Assembly (NCBI GenBank): GCA_015222205.1
Contig: JADFUW010000027.1
Span: 1 to 63,290 of the forward strand
DNA length: 63,290 nt
DNA from: Chloroflexota bacterium
GTDB lineage: Bacteria; Chloroflexota; Dehalococcoidia; Dehalococcoidales; UBA5760
Reading direction: 5' to 3'
Shown here: positions 57,444 to 63,290 of the stretch, in pieces
Numbering within the stretch: the first letter of the stretch is position 1
Layout of the letters: each line of letters begins with the position of its first letter
The notes under the pieces: generated by a model
What the model was told of the DNA's origin: nothing
Database searches by the model: none
What the model saw: only the letters and a program-made list of their open reading frames with translations
Program-made: the position numbers and the translations under genes

Positions 57444-58334
57444 TTAACTTCCCCTCGTTGATTCTTTACCTATTTGGGTTGTTGTTAATATAGCCTTTAG
57501 CTCCTCAGCCTGGTGCTCATTTATTCTTCCCTTGGCTAAAGCAATAGGGACGGTCTTAAGTCCAAGTTCTCTGTAGGTGGTAAGCAGGCTGGGAGCAGCT
57601 TTGTGTAGGGCGTCAAGATGCTTCTTAATAGTTCCGATATCGCCACGGGCGATTGGTCCGGTGAGGCACTCCGGTATTCCGACGGTTTCAATATTGTGGA
57701 TTGTCCCTCGTATCAGCGGCAGTAGCGCTTCAGTGGCTTGGTTTGTGGGGACATCAAAGGTTTGCCATAGGTCGGTAGCCAATTTAACCAGGGTTACCAG
57801 GTAATTGCAGGCGATAACCGCTGCGGCATGGTAAATTACCTTGTCGCTTGCCTTTAGCTCAATCCAATGACCACCAAGGGCGGTAGTCATATCTTTAAGT
57901 GTTTTTAGTAATGGTTCCGCAGCCTCCAGGGCGAAGGTAGAGCCGGGTGTGTTTTCTATAGCCTGTTCTACACTGGCGAATGTCTGCAGGGGGTGAAAGA
58001 CACCAACATGGGCATCTAATTTCTTAGCTGGCTCCAGAATTTCAGTAGAATCGGCGCCACTACAATGGACTACCCCCTGCCCTATATGCCACTTTATTTG
58101 AGATGCTACGGGGGCTATAGCATCATCGGGGGTAGTAATAAAGACAAGCTCGGCTCTATCAGCCACCTCTTGATTATTACTCGCCGGTATGCATCCGTTG
58201 ATTGCTTGAGCTAGGTTTCTGGCTGAGGTTTGATGCCGGCTAGATATAGCCACTACCGAGTAGCCCTTGTTGCTTAACTGAGTGCTAAGAGCAGTGCCTA
58301 TAGTTCCCGCCCCAATAAACCCCAGCTTAATCAT
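57444..58334 (-). CDS. panG: Rossmann-like + DUF2520 protein (PanG-type ketopantoate reductase)
   Basis: GAGTIG, HCSG, HPLQTF, YHAAAV and TGPIARGD motifs; first gene of the pan operon; start moved to ATG 58334. Confidence 0.8.
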   Translation of the reverse strand: MIKLGFIGAGTIGTALSTQLSNKGYSVVAISSRHQTSARNLAQAINGCIPASNNQEVADRAELVFITTPDDAIAPVASQIKWHIGQGVVHCSGADSTEILEPAKKLDAHVGVFHPLQTFASVEQAIENTPGSTFALEAAEPLLKTLKDMTTALGGHWIELKASDKVIYHAAAVIACNYLVTLVKLATDLWQTFDVPTNQATEALLPLIRGTIHNIETVGIPECLTGPIARGDIGTIKKHLDALHKAAPSLLTTYRELGLKTVPIALAKGRINEHQAEELKAILTTTQIGKESTRGS

Positions 58335-58362
58335 ATTCACTCTCCCACGAAACGAGTTTAAT

Positions 58363-58399
58363 AAAAAAACACCCTCTCTGCTTCTCACAGAGAAGGCGC
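58363..58399 (-). terminator. Intrinsic terminator in the pan leader
   Basis: mRNA GCGCCUUCUCUG-UGAGAAG-CAGAGAGGGUGU followed by a U run. Confidence 0.85.
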
Positions 58400-58423
58400 T
58401 CAAAACAACAATTCTAGTTTTTT

Positions 58424-58510
58424 GCCGTCTCGGTCGTCTCTGATCCAAGCGACTAAAGCTATATTCGCTATATTCACTTTTACAAGCTCACCGCTAAACT
58501 GGTCGGTGGC
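58424..58510 (-). ncRNA. pan RNA motif (cis-regulatory leader)
   Basis: Bulged hairpin GUCGCUUGGAUC...GACCGAGACGGC (58424-58453) plus an upstream hairpin, in the 5' UTR of pan genes. Confidence 0.7.
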
Positions 58511-58530
58511 CAATAATTATTCCGGGCTTA

Positions 58531-58559
58531 AGTATAGAAGGTCAGGTAAATTTAGTCAA
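58531..58559 (-). promoter_or_regulatory. Sigma70 promoter of the pan operon
   Basis: Minus-strand TTGACT-17-TATACT. Confidence 0.7.
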
Positions 58560-58575
58560 TAGGCACTATTATGCA

Positions 58576-59007
58576 CTACTTATTGGCGTCTAGTTTAGCT
58601 AAACATTTATCGGCTAAACTACTAAACACGGGAACCCTATATGTCTGACCGTGATATGCCTTGTACATCAAGACTCCCCACAGTATCCACCAAATTGCGA
58701 AGAAGATAGCGAAAATAACAGTGCCGGCAATCCATTGAGGGTAGGAAACTCCCCCCCAAACTGCCCAGGCCGACCAGCGCACGGTGTTGGCAATACCCCA
58801 GATAATATTAAGAATACCAAAGGTAACTAGTGACTGCATGGCGTGGAAGCGGATTAACTTATTCTTCTTCTCCGTAACGAGAAAGATGATGCCGGTTACC
58901 CAGAAGCCGACATAACATAGCAATCCTGCTTTATTTGGTTTTAGACTCGTTGTTGAACCAGCCTCCTTTGTCTTTTTCCCCTTCTTTCCTTCTGGTGACG
59001 CTCCCAT
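58576..59007 (-). CDS. DUF4870 family membrane protein
   Basis: AGLLCY..WVTGIIFL..EK.N..IRFHAMQS and KAYHGQTYRVP motifs. Confidence 0.85.
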   Translation of the reverse strand: MGASPEGKKGKKTKEAGSTTSLKPNKAGLLCYVGFWVTGIIFLVTEKKNKLIRFHAMQSLVTFGILNIIWGIANTVRWSAWAVWGGVSYPQWIAGTVIFAIFFAIWWILWGVLMYKAYHGQTYRVPVFSSLADKCLAKLDANK

Positions 59008-59125
59008 TTTAAGCCTCCTTATAGTTTAATATAGCTCTCGGTTGATTAACGGGTACTCTACTGATGTGTTGACTATAGTAGCCTGTTAATGGCTAACTGT
59101 CAATACCCTATTTCACAGCATGGAG

Positions 59126-59154
59126 TTGACACCTGTATTGCTAGAAGATACAAT
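59126..59154 (+). promoter_or_regulatory. tRNA operon promoter
   Basis: TTGACA-17-TACAAT. Confidence 0.75.
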
Positions 59155-59169
59155 AACCCTGACCTTGGC

Positions 59170-59245
<76 letters not shown>

Positions 59246-59254
59246 AAAGAAGGG

Positions 59255-59329
59255 GCGGAAGTAGTTCAGCGGTAGAATGCTTCCTTGCCAAGGAAGAGGT
59301 CGCGAGTTCGAATCTCGTCTTCCGCTCCA
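59255..59329 (+). tRNA. tRNA-Gly(GCC)
   Basis: Cloverleaf with TTCC-TTGCCAA-GGAA anticodon arm; ends TCCA. Confidence 0.97.
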
Positions 59330-59355
59330 GTGAGCTTTGACCACAATGCTACTGT

Positions 59356-59529
59356 GAGAGCTTTGGCCTTCCCGCAGTCCTAGAATTTATCCCTAACTAT
59401 AACTCTCGTCACCCTCTTCACCGATCCCTCGTCCTGTTATCTTAACATGGTCACCAGCCTGCCGCTCAGGGCAAGGCGATTGAAGAGGAACTGCGTAGGG
59501 TAGATGAACCTATCCGCGGTAGAGGGTAG
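59356..59529 (+). pseudogene. Possible C-terminal remnant of a type IIG-like restriction-modification gene
   Basis: ESFGLPAVLEFIPNYNSRHPLHRSLVLLS*HGHQPAAQG..EEELRRVDE, with an internal TAA at 59443. Confidence 0.4.
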
Positions 59530-59640
59530 TTGTCCTTATACTGATGCTTGTTTACAAACGTTGCCTTCCTGTGTATAATTAGAGGGTAGTTTCAGTTTAG
59601 GGCATTGTATACTTTTTGTCACTTCAGGTTTAGTTAAGGA

Positions 59641-59689
59641 TTGGATGACCCGGACTCTAACTAGAATTTCAAGAGAGGAGGTCATCCAA
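59641..59689 (+). promoter_or_regulatory. RBS-sequestering 5' UTR hairpin
   Basis: TTGGATGACC (59641-59650) is the exact reverse complement of GGTCATCCAA (59680-59689); promoter TTTACA-17-TATAAT at 59551-59579. Confidence 0.65.
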
Positions 59690-59994
59690 TGAGTTTTCAG
59701 GACAAGTCTATCCAGTGCTCTGATTGCGGGACTACGTTCACCTTCAGCGCTGAGGATCAGGAATTTTTCCGTTCCAAAGGCTACACCAATGAGCCTAAGC
59801 GCTGCCCATCGTGTCGTCAGGCAAGGAAGCTGAACCGTCAAGGAAGTAGCTCATATAGTTATTCCCAACGACGTCAGATGTTCCCTGCGGTATGTGCTGA
59901 GTGTGGCAAGGATACTCAGGTACCCTTTGAGCCGCGTGGGGACAAACCTGTGTACTGTAGCGATTGCTATGGTAAAATCAGATTGACCCGGTAG
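59689..59994 (+). CDS. Double zinc-ribbon (CxxC-x17-CxxC) protein
   Basis: CSDCG..F.F...Q.FF..KG..NEPKRC..CR and CAECG..T.VPF.P...KPVYC.DC motifs. Confidence 0.92.
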   Translation: MSFQDKSIQCSDCGTTFTFSAEDQEFFRSKGYTNEPKRCPSCRQARKLNRQGSSSYSYSQRRQMFPAVCAECGKDTQVPFEPRGDKPVYCSDCYGKIRLTR

Positions 59995-60064
59995 TCCAAG
60001 TTAAACCTGAATTGCGTCCGGGTCTGTTGTCAGATTCGGACATAATTCTAGAAAGTATGAGTTT

Positions 60065-60256
60065 TTGTCGTTAACAGTTTCAATACGTGAAGGCGAATCC
60101 CAGGATTCTTTGTTGAGTCGTTTCCAGAGAATGATTCAGATGAGTGGCGTTCTTCGAGAAGCGAAGGCTCGTCGTAGATTCATATCTGAACGAGATGCTG
60201 CTCGTATCAAGGCCAAGAATAGTATCAGAAGAAGGCGGCGTAGAGATACTAAGTGA
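60065..60256 (+). CDS. rpsU: 30S ribosomal protein S21
   Basis: REGESQDSLLSRF....SGVLREAK.RR.F and Arg-rich tail. Confidence 0.85.
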   Translation: MSLTVSIREGESQDSLLSRFQRMIQMSGVLREAKARRRFISERDAARIKAKNSIRRRRRRDTK

Positions 60257-60292
60257 CGGGAAGAGAAATAATTCAAGAAAAGGGGGTGGACT

Positions 60293-60613
60293 ATGAAAAT
60301 CTATGTGGGCAATCTATCGCATGATGTAACTGAAGAAGAATTAAAGCAAGAATTCATGGCTTTTGGAGAGGTGACCTCGGCGAGCATTGTTACAGACAGG
60401 TATACGGGACAACCCAGGGGCTTTGCGTTTGTTGAAATGGCGAAAGTGTCTGAGGGGCAAGCTGCAGTTAAGGGTCTCAACGGCAAAACACTAAAGGATC
60501 AAACTGTTAAAGTAGACGAAGCCCGTCCCCGCGCTGACACCAGAGGCGGTACGTCTTATGGTGACAGGAGGGGCGGCGGGTTTGGTGGTGGGGGTAGACA
60601 GCGAAGATACTAA
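60293..60613 (+). CDS. RRM RNA-binding protein with Gly-rich tail
   Basis: RNP2 IYVGNL, RNP1 RGFAFVEM and RGG tail. Confidence 0.95.
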   Translation: MKIYVGNLSHDVTEEELKQEFMAFGEVTSASIVTDRYTGQPRGFAFVEMAKVSEGQAAVKGLNGKTLKDQTVKVDEARPRADTRGGTSYGDRRGGGFGGGGRQRRY

Positions 60614-60910
60614 ATTTATGTCGTTGTCAGATATAAGCCTAGCGTATATTGGTAGCTTCAGTCTGGAAGCGTTAATGGTAACGTAGGTAACTAAAAGCCA
60701 AGTTGTTACTACGCCCCCCCTTTTTATCTTGTTATAGCACCCTTTAACCCTCAGCATAGGGGAAACCTTGCCCAGCCCGGAAGAACGCCTATTTTTGGAT
60801 TACAGGGGCTGTTCTAGATAATAGCCTGGGGAAGCCCTCTTCTTGTGCCTAGGGTCACATTTTAAGCTTCTGTGCAGTCTATAACGCCCGCTATGGCAGT
60901 TGGAAGAGAG

Positions 60911-62191
60911 TTATCCGCTCGGGTTCACAACACACCCAACAAACAGTATGGCACCGGTCTGTATGTCGTGAATCAGAAAGAGAAAGGGGTGATCAACGGT
61001 AACCTCAACAGGCTCCTCCCCCGGTGGCATAGCCGTCGGCATTATCACTGCAGTAGCAGCTGCTGCTTCTGTACCTGCTTCATCGACGGAGACGAATGCC
61101 TTGTGGATCACATCTCCGATGAACAGGTCGCGGTTGCCCGTCATGCCTGAGAAGTCTGCAACCCCCCATAAGAAAGCATCTGGCATGCCCATCGCTGCGA
61201 GAGTCTCGCCCAGCATAAAGTCCGATTCAAACTCGAATTTCGGTATCGTCAGGGCTACCTCCCTGTACTCCATACTGCCAATAATCTCATCCAGCCGTTG
61301 GGCATCTAACGATCCTTCAAACGCCTCGAATTGGCCAGCACGGGGAAGCAAGATGAGCATCGAGAGTTCACGGCCGTCATAGGGTAGTTCAATAGCCTGA
61401 TAGTTATCTCCCTCAGCGTAGCCAAGTGATTCGGTCTGCCTCATCATCGGCACAATGACTTCATCCCCGTTGAGTAGATGGAAAGTGCCATCACTAGTTG
61501 CATCCTCGTTAAAAGGAAACGCCCAAGCTGCGTTGAAATAGATGGCGTTGGTTAAAACAAGGCGGGTCAGCTGGTCTATTAATCCCTGTGGAATAAGGTC
61601 CTCAATTTTGCCCTCAGTCTGTTCGCTTACCCAATCGTTAATGTTAATACGAGACTCCTCAGGGGCTTTTGCAAAATCGAGTATTCTTAGTCCGGCGCCA
61701 TAATTCTCGGCAAGTGTATCGAGGAAACTGGCAAGGAATTTGTAGTCCTTTTGTCCCCAAATAGCATTAACAATATTCAATCTGAAACCTTCACCATCTT
61801 TGCCCTTTACTCCTTCACCACGCTTAGCAAGTTCAATGTCCAAGCTATTAAAAGCCGGGTGTAGCCGGTCTTTTGGGAGGTTGAAGTGCAGAGCGTTAGC
61901 CATCTGCTCTTCTGTTTCCCCACTAGCACCAGCATAGGTCATCGCCAGCGCCAGTGATATGCTGTAGGGGGAATAGAATAGATTGCCATCACCTGCTCTC
62001 AATTGCTGATAGAGGTCCAGCGCGAAAGTGCTATTATTGCTAACCAGGTTATTGAGGTCGCCTTCAGTTACGCTGGGTGAGGTGATTCGTGGTTTGTCTG
62101 ATTGTAGCACATTACCCTCTACAGGCTGAACGCAGGCGGTCAAGCTAGTCATCAGAATTGCCATTGAAGCAAAGACCATCATTCTCTTCAT
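60911..62191 (-). CDS. Serpin family lipoprotein
   Basis: Lipobox LTAC, SPYSISLALAM, NAIYFNAAW, hinge EAGTEAAAAT and DHPFLF motifs. Confidence 0.95.
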   Translation of the reverse strand: MKRMMVFASMAILMTSLTACVQPVEGNVLQSDKPRITSPSVTEGDLNNLVSNNSTFALDLYQQLRAGDGNLFYSPYSISLALAMTYAGASGETEEQMANALHFNLPKDRLHPAFNSLDIELAKRGEGVKGKDGEGFRLNIVNAIWGQKDYKFLASFLDTLAENYGAGLRILDFAKAPEESRININDWVSEQTEGKIEDLIPQGLIDQLTRLVLTNAIYFNAAWAFPFNEDATSDGTFHLLNGDEVIVPMMRQTESLGYAEGDNYQAIELPYDGRELSMLILLPRAGQFEAFEGSLDAQRLDEIIGSMEYREVALTIPKFEFESDFMLGETLAAMGMPDAFLWGVADFSGMTGNRDLFIGDVIHKAFVSVDEAGTEAAAATAVIMPTAMPPGEEPVEVTVDHPFLFLIHDIQTGAILFVGCVVNPSG

Positions 62192-62350
62192 CTCGATCAC
62201 CTCTCTTATCTTATGAGTTATTACCTAACATTATAACGGAAACCTTGACCTAAGGTTAGCAGCGTGCGGGACCAAAAGAAACACCATATCTTTGTGTTAA
62301 ACAGTGCGCCCACTCGGAAATGAAAAATCTATTTGATCAGGTCAGAAGAC

Positions 62351-62965
62351 TTACTCATATCCGGTGCTCACTTGTGTGATATTTCCATATTCATCGCAGA
62401 TGTAGGTACCCTTTGCTGTGCGAGAATAGAAATAATTGGTGTCAGGGGTACCATCACCATTGAAATCATGAAGAAATAGAACATAGCCTATACCGGCCTG
62501 ACCATGTCTCGTGGTATCATCGGGGAAGCGATGCATGCCACGGGTTGGTATCCTGACGGGGTTGGGAAGTTGACTCAACTTATTGTTCCTCATCATGACT
62601 TGTACTGCGTCTTGAACCTTGCGTAATTCCTCTGCCGCTGCTGCCTGTGGAGAGGGAGACGGCGCTTCAGAAGTGCTGCTTGGAGTCGTTTCCGTAGGCT
62701 GCGTCGGGGCGGGTGCAGGCGACTCGACTTCTGGCTTGGTTGCTCCTGTATCTCCAGGAATTTCTGCGTTCAGAGGATTTGAATCATACGGATCCCAATA
62801 CCCATCATTATCGGTATCTACGTTATTTGGGTTTGTGGCAGCTCTTACTTCTTGGGCATCAGACCATCCATCGCCGTCAGAATCAACTGGTTCCGCACAA
62901 GATATCGCCCCTACGAGGGAAAACGGAATAAGAGAAGTTATCAACAGTACCCTTAGTTTTCTCAT
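62351..62965 (-). CDS. Lipoprotein with DxDxDG Ca-binding repeats, Pro/Thr/Ser linker and pilin-head-like C-terminal domain
   Basis: Lipobox AISC; DSDGDGWSD and DTDNDGYWD; AAEELRKVQDAVQVMM...GTY..D.YG.ITQ..TGYE. Confidence 0.7.
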   Translation of the reverse strand: MRKLRVLLITSLIPFSLVGAISCAEPVDSDGDGWSDAQEVRAATNPNNVDTDNDGYWDPYDSNPLNAEIPGDTGATKPEVESPAPAPTQPTETTPSSTSEAPSPSPQAAAAEELRKVQDAVQVMMRNNKLSQLPNPVRIPTRGMHRFPDDTTRHGQAGIGYVLFLHDFNGDGTPDTNYFYSRTAKGTYICDEYGNITQVSTGYE

Positions 62966-63165
62966 AACTCAATTCCCCTCGCCCAAACCTTAGTCACCTA
63001 ACAATAATGATATATCATCTGTCACGGTTAGGCAATCTTCTGCAGAGGGTAATGCACTGTAATCAGCGGCTCGCGCGACAAATGAGGACACATAACAAGC
63101 AGTTGTGACATTACACATTCTGGACTTTTGTACAACTACGCTAACCTTTTGTGCGAGATTCGATT

Positions 63166-63290
63166 TTATATCGAACTCAATATGCCAGGCAATTCAGCGA
63201 GGCTCTTTATTATAAAGTCGGGCTTCTCGTCTTCGCTGCCTATTATCTCCTCGTAGCGGTCATTCCACCTAAACCACACGCTTTTCATCC
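63166..63290 (-). CDS. C-terminal end of a HAD family hydrolase (partial)
   Basis: Manual translation GMKSVWFRW...KPDFIIKSLAELPGIL, a typical HAD C-terminus. Confidence 0.7.
   Translation of the reverse strand, partial: MKSVWFRWNDRYEEIIGSEDEKPDFIIKSLAELPGILSSI

Noticed and set aside
59520-59591. 12-bp direct repeat TAGAGGGTAGTT, 60 nt apart
   Set aside because: Only two copies and no cargo; not a CRISPR array or a convincing target-site duplication

Overview
Bacterial chromosomal window, most likely Chloroflexota class Dehalococcoidia (inferred from protein style and gene content; no search run). Most of it is core metabolism: lsrF-like aldolase/Zn-dehydrogenase pair, DUF58-DUF4129-MoxR module, apbE-rnfCDGEAB, rsmD-coaD-ferredoxin, MacAB-like exporter, proC-leuS, corrinoid activator plus AcsE-like methyltransferase, glnA-gatB-secG-rsfS, ndk-tsaB-tsaE-thiL, rsmA-ispE, a nine-gene aromatic operon (aroF-B-D-E-K-A-C-pheA-tyrA), a pantothenate operon, three tRNAs, a zinc-ribbon/rpsU/RRM cluster and a serpin. 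The standout is a four-gene SipW/TasA-type locus (24747-29212). Its subunits look like a complete donor-strand-complementation pilus: shaft, a donor-strand-only beta-propeller tip and a groove-only membrane anchor. Other signals missed by the ORF track: a Tyr/Phe/Trp leader-peptide attenuator before the aromatic operon, a pan RNA motif with terminator, three genes that seem to need CTG or ATA starts (rsfS, rsmA, a HAD phosphatase), a lipoprotein carrying a pilin-like head, and remnants of IS21, IS3 and a restriction-modification gene.
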